Shown here: piece by piece, positions 17,187 through 25,558 of the stretch
Layout: each line of letters opens with the position of its first letter
Position numbering within the stretch: the stretch's first letter is position 1
Source: a virus
Lineage: Duplodnaviria; Caudoviricetes
DNA: 37,432 nucleotides
IMG/VR virus record: IMGVR_UViG_3300008266_000190
Span: 1 to 37,432 of that record
Reading direction: 5' to 3' (one strand)
Notes under the pieces: model-generated
Told to the model about the DNA's origin: nothing
Databases searched by the model: none
The model's input: the letters and a program-made list of their open reading frames with translations, nothing else
Made by a program: the position numbers and the translations under genes

Positions 17187-17821
17187 TATCCGATCCTCCG
17201 CATCTTGCGGAGACGGGCTTCCTCTCGCCTCACGCGCTGTTGATTAGACAGTGCGATCTGGTTCATGGATAGGGCAGATACGTCGGAGTTTCCCGACTGT
17301 ACTTGCCACTGCTGAAACGACACACGGTCAGAGAGCAGTCGGCTGAATGCCTCCGCCTGAGCCCAGACACGGACGGCATTGATGCCAGAGTGGTCCATGT
17401 CCGTCGTCGATGTGCTCGAGGCAAGTTGGATAAACGTGCTGTACCCAAAGATACGCAACGTCCCAGGAGATGATAGTGTATAATGCGGAGGAAGGAACAG
17501 GATTCCGTCGTGGACTTCCCAGCCAGAGTTTGGACCGTCAGAGGTTGACGGCAGAACCGTTTCCTTAAACTTTCCGCCAGCGTCGTAGGAGTCTACTCGG
17601 AATGGCCACGCCACATCAGTTAGCGCAACAGAGAACACCGAGCCAGAGACTGGCTGGGTGAACGCGGTCGTCTGGATTGCGTCCTTAGGATAGAATCCGT
17701 TTAGCCAGTCAACCCCGGAGTTGATGAGATCGTCGATCTCGGAGTCAGTCCAGGTTGCACCGTTAGGATCACGAAGGTCCCGACGGACCATTGTCCGAAT
17801 GCTGCTCAGTGTTTCTGCCAT
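17186..17821 (-). CDS. Head-tail adaptor-like virion protein
   Basis: TLSSIRTMVRRDLRD...WTDSEIDDLINSG N-terminus; position after the capsid gene. Confidence 0.7.
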   Translation of the reverse strand: MAETLSSIRTMVRRDLRDPNGATWTDSEIDDLINSGVDWLNGFYPKDAIQTTAFTQPVSGSVFSVALTDVAWPFRVDSYDAGGKFKETVLPSTSDGPNSGWEVHDGILFLPPHYTLSSPGTLRIFGYSTFIQLASSTSTTDMDHSGINAVRVWAQAEAFSRLLSDRVSFQQWQVQSGNSDVSALSMNQIALSNQQRVRREEARLRKMRRIG

Positions 17822-19043
17822 GCTTCCAAATCCCCTTATGCTCTACTGCCCACTTGAAGGCATCTGCCCATTCTATTGCTCGGTCTTTGTAGTTGTATTC
17901 CTTGAGCACCCGCTCCTTAGCTGCGCCAGCTAGTTGCTCTCGGAGATCCTTGCTTCGCACCAGCGACTTGACTGCGTCGTACCATTCCTGTCTACCCTTA
18001 GCCAGCAGGCCATCTACGCCATGCTTGACCATCGAGTACGGTGCGTCACCATACTTGAACCGCTCACCGATAAACGCTGCGCCAACCATCGAGTACTCCA
18101 ACCAGTGAAGCTCGGACTTACATCGGTCGAAACTGTCGCCACCAAGAGGTGCGATGCCGATGTCTGGATGGCTTCTTGCGAGGATCTCGGTGAACTGCTT
18201 AATGTTCTCTACGTAGTGGAATGCCTCGTCGAAGAATGGGGCAATGACGTGTTCCGTCCCTTGGTTTACGCCAATGAAGACGTTCCAGAGTTCCTTGCGT
18301 AGGTCCTCTATCGCCTTTCCTGCGTATCCACCTTCCCACTTTCCACCGACTCCGCTTGGGTATCCTGCGTAGTCCCGCATTCTCGCGGTGCTACCGTAAT
18401 AGACCACGCGAGGCTTTTCGCCGCCATGCCCGGGACGACCAGCAGTTGTAGTATAGATTGAAGGATCGATTGCATTGCGGATAATCCTAATGTTATTGTT
18501 GAGATAAGCATACGCCTCCTTGATCGGTCCAGTGCTCACGGTCACAAGGTCAGCGCGGCGAGTCATCCGCTCGATGAGCGGTCGCTCTGCTTGAACGTCT
18601 GGGAAGTATCCGTTCCACGTCCTGATCTGAAAATGGTTGTCGTCGGTCTCGTAGATAATCGCCTTGTTGAATGCCGCGTTCTCAAACGCTGGCCACATCC
18701 ACTCGGTGATCGAGTCTCGGACCTTCATCTGGTGCTCGTGCTTGGTGATGACCTCGGGGTCTTTTGATGCCGCACCGCAGGTATCGCACTTGGCGGAGCA
18801 GTTGTAATATCTCCTGAATACCACAACATCAGCCCAGTCAATATCTGAAGTGTCAACCTTGAGCAAGCCCTTAGCCATTGCCTCGTCTTGCTTCATCCCC
18901 TGAGCTGACGGATCAGCAATGAAGTTGACTTTGTCGATGTGGCGGACTTCGATGCCCATCTTCTTCCACTCTTCATCGAACATGTGTCCACGGAAATAGG
19001 CGCAGGGCCCTTGCTCTGCTGTCCCCCAAACCAAGATATTCAT
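17769..19043 (-). CDS. Glycosyltransferase, GT-B/GT4-like
   Basis: IYETDD, ADLVTVST, IRNAID, DIGIAPL...FDRCKSELHWLEYS, DGLL; GGAGG RBS. Confidence 0.9.
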   Translation of the reverse strand: MNILVWGTAEQGPCAYFRGHMFDEEWKKMGIEVRHIDKVNFIADPSAQGMKQDEAMAKGLLKVDTSDIDWADVVVFRRYYNCSAKCDTCGAASKDPEVITKHEHQMKVRDSITEWMWPAFENAAFNKAIIYETDDNHFQIRTWNGYFPDVQAERPLIERMTRRADLVTVSTGPIKEAYAYLNNNIRIIRNAIDPSIYTTTAGRPGHGGEKPRVVYYGSTARMRDYAGYPSGVGGKWEGGYAGKAIEDLRKELWNVFIGVNQGTEHVIAPFFDEAFHYVENIKQFTEILARSHPDIGIAPLGGDSFDRCKSELHWLEYSMVGAAFIGERFKYGDAPYSMVKHGVDGLLAKGRQEWYDAVKSLVRSKDLREQLAGAAKERVLKEYNYKDRAIEWADAFKWAVEHKGIWKHGRNTEQHSDNGPSGPS

Positions 19044-19079
19044 AATCCTCCAGCCTATTGGGCATAATGCCCCAGGCTT

Positions 19080-19108
19080 ATTTTAGTGGGGTTTCCCCCC
19101 GATGTCAA
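19080..19108 (-). promoter_or_regulatory. Promoter TTGACA-N17-TAAAAT for the glycosyltransferase
   Basis: -35 at 19108..19103, -10 at 19085..19080, intergenic. Confidence 0.8.
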
Positions 19109-19121
19109 GCGACATCGGGGG
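19096..19121 (-). terminator. Hairpin CCCCCGATGTC-N4-GACATCGGGGG after the capsid gene
   Basis: Perfect 11-bp stem about 20 nt after the MCP stop; no U-tract. Confidence 0.6.
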
Positions 19122-19140
19122 TACTCACCTGCCTACTGGC

Positions 19141-20112
19141 TTAGACTGCGACCGTAGCCTGAGTCTTCAGGACGCGGTAGCGTGCACCTGCCTCGTCGAG
19201 GAGGAGCGAGCCAAAGCGCATCTTGTAGCCAACGAGCGCCTTCTGTGCCAATGGGTCGGTGTGATCACCGCCTGGGGCAACGAAGTAGCTCTGGAGCGTC
19301 TGCGAGTCACCAATGGTGTACGCATCTGGGCCGAGGAAGAGCGCCGTGTAGACGTTCCCGCTCGAAGCACCAGCAGTTGCATAAACCTTAGCGTCCGAAG
19401 ACACAATGAAGCGAACTCCAGCGAACATACCAATCTCATTCGTGAGAAGTGGAATGTTGTTGACGTACTTGTTCGCCTCGATCCAGCCGTTCACGCTGGT
19501 GTCTGACACAAGGTCATACTCCTGTGAAGGGTGGATGATGCAGCGGTACGTGCCGTCAGCGAACTGAGGAACGTTGCTGCCCTTGAGGCGAGCGACCATG
19601 TTCTTGACGAATGCGCCCGTGAGCACACCCGCAGCAGCAACTGCGCTGTTCGCCGTGTTGGCGGTAAGCGTGGTTGCGCCAGTCGCGCCGAACACTGCGG
19701 ACGTAAGAACGCTCGAGTGAATCTGGTCGCGGACAAGAACGTCCATCGAGCGGGTTGCCTGATAGGCAATGCGCTCCGCAGCGATGGAGATAAGGTCATG
19801 CGGCGAGTCGATCTGAGCGAGGTCAGAGACTGCAACCGTCGCACCGTACTGGGCGGCGGTGAAGAACTCGGACGAAATCGTCAGTTCGCCATCGGTTGGA
19901 GGCGTGCCTTCCGAAAGCGGCGTTGTGTTGACACCAAGGTCAGCGTAACGTGCATAGCGGAGGGTGTTCGTCCCCTTAATGAAGCGAGCTGGGACATAAA
20001 GCCCAGGCATCGCGTGAACGGCACGTGCTCGGAGCTCTTCTGCTGCTCGTGCGGAAACAAGTTCCTGTACGAGATCAGAAAAACCTGAGGTTGCCGTAGT
20101 AGTGGTAGCCAT
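19141..20112 (-). CDS. Major capsid protein, N4-gp56-like
   Basis: GTNTLRYARY..L..TTPLSEG, QYG, IIHP.QEYDL, EIGMFAGVRFI, DPLAQKALVGYKM; AAGGAG RBS. Confidence 0.9.
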   Translation of the reverse strand: MATTTTATSGFSDLVQELVSARAAEELRARAVHAMPGLYVPARFIKGTNTLRYARYADLGVNTTPLSEGTPPTDGELTISSEFFTAAQYGATVAVSDLAQIDSPHDLISIAAERIAYQATRSMDVLVRDQIHSSVLTSAVFGATGATTLTANTANSAVAAAGVLTGAFVKNMVARLKGSNVPQFADGTYRCIIHPSQEYDLVSDTSVNGWIEANKYVNNIPLLTNEIGMFAGVRFIVSSDAKVYATAGASSGNVYTALFLGPDAYTIGDSQTLQSYFVAPGGDHTDPLAQKALVGYKMRFGSLLLDEAGARYRVLKTQATVAV

Positions 20113-20128
20113 CTACGTGCTCCTTTGT

Positions 20129-20689
20129 TTATCTACTAAATGGATTCCCAAGAGCCTTCAATCGCTCAGCGATATCCGCACTCGTGGATTTCTTTGTTTC
20201 CACCACTGGCTCTCGTCGTGGATTGTTTGGATCAATGCGAGGCTCCGACTCAACCTCAGTCTCGCGGGAGGCAAGGAACTTCTCGAAGGCAGCCGCTCGG
20301 GCTTCCTCGTCAAAGTTCGCAGTGTCCTGGCGGAACTGTGCATAGAGTGGGTGCTGCCTTGCGAGCCGCTCCTGACGAGCTTCATCTTGCTGCTTAGCAA
20401 GAGTATCCTCAAGCGTCTTGATCTTGAGCTGAGCCCGCTCGTATTCCGAGAGGTTCTTCTCTTCGATCTCAGCCTTCCACCTGCGGAGGTCCTCGGCTTC
20501 CTTGCGGATCTGGTCGAGCTCCTTCTTGGTGGCGGTCAGGGCTTGGTCCTTACCAGCCAGCCGCTTCTTATAAGTGGCGACATCCTCGCCCTCAGCCTGA
20601 GTGGGCGTATCCTCAACAGGGGCCGTAGCCTCTACTGCTGGGACCGTAGCCGACTCTGCTGGAGCCTGAGTCACGACTTCTTCCGGCAT
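20129..20689 (-). CDS. Capsid scaffolding protein
   Basis: Charged coiled coil directly upstream of MCP; AGGAG RBS. Confidence 0.75.
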   Translation of the reverse strand: MPEEVVTQAPAESATVPAVEATAPVEDTPTQAEGEDVATYKKRLAGKDQALTATKKELDQIRKEAEDLRRWKAEIEEKNLSEYERAQLKIKTLEDTLAKQQDEARQERLARQHPLYAQFRQDTANFDEEARAAAFEKFLASRETEVESEPRIDPNNPRREPVVETKKSTSADIAERLKALGNPFSR

Positions 20690-20725
20690 TACTGTCTCCT
20701 ATCTTTCTTCCCAGAATCTCTGGGA

Positions 20726-23700
20726 TTAATTCTTACCTTGAAGGATATCCAGAATATCTGGAAGACCTTCTTGACCTGACAGGTCGAAATCTCCGACGAG
20801 ATCTTCAACTGCCGCTCCCGTCATTCGGACCGTTCCAGGCAACGCTGCCGACGTAACCTGATTGAACGCCTCTTGTGGGAATCGGGAGATGTCGAACCCT
20901 TCTCCTGCCATACCCTTTGCTACTCCCAACTTCCTTACGGTCGATGAGAGACCAAAGCCAATGTTGTCTGGCGTGTACGGCAACAGCCAGTTGACAGCAA
21001 TCCAAAGCTCTGGATTGTCTGCCAGTGCATCCCTAAAGTCAGGGTCGTATTGGATCGCAGCGACTGTGGCATCAGACGTTAGTCGCAGCGCCTCTGCCCC
21101 TAGGAATGGTCGAGTTCCACCAAGCCGCTTGGCGAACGGGGTTGCAATGAGCAACCTCGTAAACTCTGGGATCACCTTGCCAACCATGTACGAAAGCGGG
21201 TATAGTGCTATCAACGGATGATTGAGGCTCCGCTCCCACCATGGTCGGTTAGGATCGAAATAGATTGCACGGCGAGCACGCTCACCCTCCTCAGCAGCAG
21301 CCTTTCGGAATGCCGCGACAACGTTTCGGTATGTTTCGACTTCGCTGTCTGGGGCTCCTGTCCTGGTATACAGGAAGTCTTGAGGGGCCTCGAAGTCAGA
21401 TGTTTCGCTAATGTTCCATCCAGACCCAGTCTTCTTCATGCCAATAGTTTTGTAGAAATCCTCTGCCGTGTCAACGCCATCAACAACCGATAGGCTTGCA
21501 TCAGAATTACCAGAAGACTTTACTTTTCGAAAAAGTCTCGCAAGCATTGTGGACCCGATACCCTGTTCCCTATCAAATGATGCCATGTGTCGGACCTCAA
21601 TCGACCCGTCGCTATATTTTGCGTACTTTACAAACCCAGATACGTCACCATTTTTGTTATATGCAAGCAAGAATAGTGAGTCATCGAACGTATTGTCTAA
21701 TGCGTCTTGCAAGAAAACCATTGAGGTGTCATCTGGCTGACTATTGTATGCCCTCATATAGTCATCGTACGATGAATACCCCATAGCGGATGTACGGTCA
21801 GATGATTTATAATACTTCTTTACAAGCTCATCGATGCTGAGACCTTCGGACTGTGTTGTCCAGTATGGGGCATCAAGACTATAGCCCTTACCGCCGTATA
21901 CCCAACTGCCATCAACTTTGATAAGAGTAGATTCGCCAAAATACTCGTGGATTTTATTGATGATAGGAGCTTGTCTAGCTGTTGTAGCATTTGTAAGACC
22001 TTGCCTTTCCAGGGCATCATCAATCATCTTTTGTCGTTCTTGTTGAGCCCTTCTTCGGACAATAGAAAGTGCTGAGTCTCTATTTATATTGCCTTCCAAC
22101 ATCTCTTTGGCAAGTGCACGTTCAAAATGCGACTTAAAAGCTGTTTTACCAAATTTTGCAGGATCAAAATCCCCAAATGCACCTTTAGTAATATTGCTAT
22201 TTTCAATATCCTGAAGAATCTCAAGGCTACCCTTTTGAGTTTTGGCAGCTTTATTAAAATCCGCTTCTGTCATGAAAGGAATTTCACGATCAAAGACTGA
22301 TTCAAGTTCCTTAAACTCGTCACTATCTGGTACGACATCGTCGACTAGCTCACCGCCATTGGCAGCAAACTCCTTCTCACGAAGAGCAACCTTTGTCGGC
22401 TCGTAGCCTCGGTCCGTAAATCGACGGGACATGGCAATGTCGATGCCGTCGTCAATAAGTCGTTGGGCTGCAACAGGATCAGTACGGCCAATGAAGTCAA
22501 GTCCAATAAGCTGCATGATTTCTTCTGGGTCATCTGTCCCAAAGAACTCTCGGAGCTTTGGCATAACTTCTGGCATCTCTTCTGCCATGACGCGATACGC
22601 CCTAAGGGCAGCTCCACGAGAAATGATTGCCTGCATGGCACGTCGCTTGCGGTCCTCTACCGCCAGAACTCCCTGCTTTGCAGATAGGAAGACCTCTCCA
22701 AGCTTTGCCTCGCCGCGTGCAAACTTGCCAATAGCGTCCCAGAAGGTAGGAACCTTCTGTGCCATTCGACCAGCAACGTGGTTGCCAGCGACCATGAACA
22801 CGGTCTGAGCATCACCAACCTCACGGATTGCCGCAAACTCGCCCATGATGGCGCGGGTTCGAAGGTCGTTCCTTGTAAGCCCTGCAATGCGCTGCTCGCG
22901 CACGCCTGATCCCGTGGTAAACCTAAAGAAGTTTGGCTCAATGTTCTCTTGGATGTATCGGAACTGCGGAGCAAGCTCACCGAATCGAGCGAATGGATAG
23001 AGTCGATCTGTAACAATAGCGATTGAAGGCATCTTCATCTTGATCCACGAGGTAAATGCTGGCATCAATCCAATGTCATCGACACGACCAGCGTAGGCAC
23101 GCATCATCGACATAAAGACTTCATTCCAGACATCAGCCTCGTCAACACCAGTTGCGGCGGCGATACGAGCACGTGCCTCCTTGGTGATAGTCCCATTGAT
23201 CTTCTTCGCCAGCGAGCTTGTTCGTCCGAGCTTCTGCTCAAGGGCAAGTCCACGAGGAAGCGTCTGCGCCTCGTTGGCCAGGTCGTTAAGAGCCTGCCAA
23301 ACAGCACGAGACTCCTGGGCATTCATGCCGATGCTGGATGTCTCTGTAACGAATCGGTTGGTAGCCTTCGCTGTAATGAGCGACCCGTAGCGAGGGCTCA
23401 GTGCGTACTGGACCATCGACTGAAGTGGGTTGCGCTTGTAGGTCAGAAGGTCTGAACCTAGGTTCTGTGGGTTGGTGAATGCCGTATCCACGAGGTCGGC
23501 ATATGGGGCGAATGACTTTGTCTGGTAGTATCGGCCATACTTATCCTGAAGCGTTGACCACTTCTTGATAAGTCCATCTTCTGGGGCGATACCAAGTCGG
23601 TAGCCTACTGCTTCCGCTCGAGGCCAGAACGCACGAATCTCTTCGCTAAGTTCCATGATCTCGTCAGCTTGGATGTCGACCGCAAACGCATTGGAGTTCT

Positions 23701-25558
23701 CATCAAGGTACTTGATCATATCTTCCCGAAGGTTCTTCAGGCCAGCATCGTCAAGGTCGTCAATGGAGATCTTTCCGAAGGTGGCAAATAGTTCGTCGTA
23801 CTGAGAGACTCCGAGTTTTACTGCTTCTTTTGCGGCATCATTTGACTTGGCAAACCTAAGTGTGTCGAGAAGATCTGCGGCACGTGCACGGCTCAGTGTT
23901 CGCTGGGAGATAAGTGTAACCCTTGATCCAATGCCCGTCTGCGTCTGGCGAAGGTTTGCCAAATCACGGGACAGCTTTCCGTAGGCTGGCATTCGGACGA
24001 ACTCTAGGTATTCGATTGCATCTTCTACGTTTCGACTGTTGATCGCAGGAAGGATCACCTCATCAAAGAACTGATCCGCCTGCGCCTCGCTTCGACCGAG
24101 AGCGTATCCCAAAGCGTTGCGGACAAACGTTCGTGCCGCCTCAGGCTGGTCGACAAGCGCAATAAGCTCCTGCTTTCCGCCAATAAGGATTCGAGCACCA
24201 GCCTCGGTGACTGACTTTCCGTGCAGTCGACCCTGAGTTGCTAGGGCATCCTCGGCAGCCTTTGCGCTATCGATCCCAAGGGCTCGCTTCTGTAGGGTTC
24301 CTCGTAGGAAGTCTTCAAGCTCTCGCTGCGCCTGGAGCATGTCCCCAGACGAGTATGCCTTTGGATTTACCTGAGCATATACAAGGCGAATGATCTTGGA
24401 ACGATGCGACTCCTTGGTAATTGATGCAACATCAAGAAGGTCGCTTAATGCGTCAGACACAATCTTTTCTCGGACTGCTGGGTCGGTATCAGCAACGTTA
24501 TCAAGCGATGTTTTTGCAAGCCCAAGAAGGGTGTCCTGCATATCTGCAAGGCTTCCAGCAATAGATAGTGATGCCTGATCTTCGATGAGTGCGGCAGCAC
24601 CAGCCTTCGCCGTTCGCCCAAGCGTCACCGAGGTAAGCTCTGATGCCGTCGCAAGGACAACATCCTCTTCGCCAGGTGATACTTTGGCAAGCACACGTGT
24701 GGCATTCTGGATGTTCTTGGTCTTAAATGCCATTTCCAGCATGTTGTAGGTTCTGCCAGCAACGATGCTACCGAACGCCTTGGCGGAGCCAGAGAGCGTT
24801 CCAGAGATAGCGTTGTACACCTGACCGACTGGCTGCCAAAGCTTCATGAACTCTGACTCCTTGGCCCCAAGGATTACACCAGCCTTCACGGCCTTGGCAA
24901 GTCCACCAGCCTTCGCTGCCCCAGAGGCAATCGCTCCACCTGGAATCCAGGTAAGCGGGTCGGTAAGCAGCCCAAGGGCAACGTCCCGCACAATGTCCGG
25001 CTTTGCCCCGAAGGTGCGACCCTGCTCATAGATCACGTCTGCGATCTCGTCAACAGTAGCCCCGCTCTGGACCATAGTCTTGATTTGTGGAATGTCGTAG
25101 TAGTCCTGAACGCCGCTCTTGTCATTTGACAGGAGCTGCTGCGCGGTGAACTCAGAGATAACTTCTCGTTGGACAAACTTTGATGGAGCAGAGATGACAT
25201 CCATCGCTGCGCCAGGGATTGCCGATACCACGTCGCCAACGCTTGGACCGCTCTCTACTGGACGGATAGATCCAACGGCAGTACCTACTGCGCCAACCGC
25301 GCCGCCAACAGTCTCAAGTGTCCCCTTCAGCAGGCCACCGACAAGCGGGACCGACCCGACAAGACCAAGGATTCCTTGACCAAGTCCCTCGATGGACTGA
25401 CCAATAGTCTCTGGTTGGGTAATGTTTACTGAGGCACGACCAGGTGATGCTCCGAATCGTGAAGATCCACCAGACCCCTGTGCACGCTTGATCGACACAT
25501 CGTTCTGTAGTGCACTGTATCCCTGATCGGATCCCTTTGGCGCAAATAGGCTAGGCAT
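20726..25558 (-). CDS. Large (1610 aa) putative internal virion/ejection protein with embedded GNAT domain
   Basis: Ala-rich helical, glycine-zipper N-terminus, LLTDPLTWIPGG motif; GNAT-like SGFVKY..IEVRHMAS..REQGIGSTML..AEDFYKTIGM. Confidence 0.7.
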   Translation of the reverse strand: MPSLFAPKGSDQGYSALQNDVSIKRAQGSGGSSRFGASPGRASVNITQPETIGQSIEGLGQGILGLVGSVPLVGGLLKGTLETVGGAVGAVGTAVGSIRPVESGPSVGDVVSAIPGAAMDVISAPSKFVQREVISEFTAQQLLSNDKSGVQDYYDIPQIKTMVQSGATVDEIADVIYEQGRTFGAKPDIVRDVALGLLTDPLTWIPGGAIASGAAKAGGLAKAVKAGVILGAKESEFMKLWQPVGQVYNAISGTLSGSAKAFGSIVAGRTYNMLEMAFKTKNIQNATRVLAKVSPGEEDVVLATASELTSVTLGRTAKAGAAALIEDQASLSIAGSLADMQDTLLGLAKTSLDNVADTDPAVREKIVSDALSDLLDVASITKESHRSKIIRLVYAQVNPKAYSSGDMLQAQRELEDFLRGTLQKRALGIDSAKAAEDALATQGRLHGKSVTEAGARILIGGKQELIALVDQPEAARTFVRNALGYALGRSEAQADQFFDEVILPAINSRNVEDAIEYLEFVRMPAYGKLSRDLANLRQTQTGIGSRVTLISQRTLSRARAADLLDTLRFAKSNDAAKEAVKLGVSQYDELFATFGKISIDDLDDAGLKNLREDMIKYLDENSNAFAVDIQADEIMELSEEIRAFWPRAEAVGYRLGIAPEDGLIKKWSTLQDKYGRYYQTKSFAPYADLVDTAFTNPQNLGSDLLTYKRNPLQSMVQYALSPRYGSLITAKATNRFVTETSSIGMNAQESRAVWQALNDLANEAQTLPRGLALEQKLGRTSSLAKKINGTITKEARARIAAATGVDEADVWNEVFMSMMRAYAGRVDDIGLMPAFTSWIKMKMPSIAIVTDRLYPFARFGELAPQFRYIQENIEPNFFRFTTGSGVREQRIAGLTRNDLRTRAIMGEFAAIREVGDAQTVFMVAGNHVAGRMAQKVPTFWDAIGKFARGEAKLGEVFLSAKQGVLAVEDRKRRAMQAIISRGAALRAYRVMAEEMPEVMPKLREFFGTDDPEEIMQLIGLDFIGRTDPVAAQRLIDDGIDIAMSRRFTDRGYEPTKVALREKEFAANGGELVDDVVPDSDEFKELESVFDREIPFMTEADFNKAAKTQKGSLEILQDIENSNITKGAFGDFDPAKFGKTAFKSHFERALAKEMLEGNINRDSALSIVRRRAQQERQKMIDDALERQGLTNATTARQAPIINKIHEYFGESTLIKVDGSWVYGGKGYSLDAPYWTTQSEGLSIDELVKKYYKSSDRTSAMGYSSYDDYMRAYNSQPDDTSMVFLQDALDNTFDDSLFLLAYNKNGDVSGFVKYAKYSDGSIEVRHMASFDREQGIGSTMLARLFRKVKSSGNSDASLSVVDGVDTAEDFYKTIGMKKTGSGWNISETSDFEAPQDFLYTRTGAPDSEVETYRNVVAAFRKAAAEEGERARRAIYFDPNRPWWERSLNHPLIALYPLSYMVGKVIPEFTRLLIATPFAKRLGGTRPFLGAEALRLTSDATVAAIQYDPDFRDALADNPELWIAVNWLLPYTPDNIGFGLSSTVRKLGVAKGMAGEGFDISRFPQEAFNQVTSAALPGTVRMTGAAVEDLVGDFDLSGQEGLPDILDILQGKN

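Noticed and set aside
14930-21391. Shared TGAGGGGCCTC (EAPQ) in the tail gene and at the GNAT insert edge
   Set aside because: Only 11 bp; plausible by chance in 37 kb
21370-22330. Intein or intron explanation for the low-GC insert
   Set aside because: No C/S...HN splice motifs or homing-endonuclease motif seen; frame is continuous
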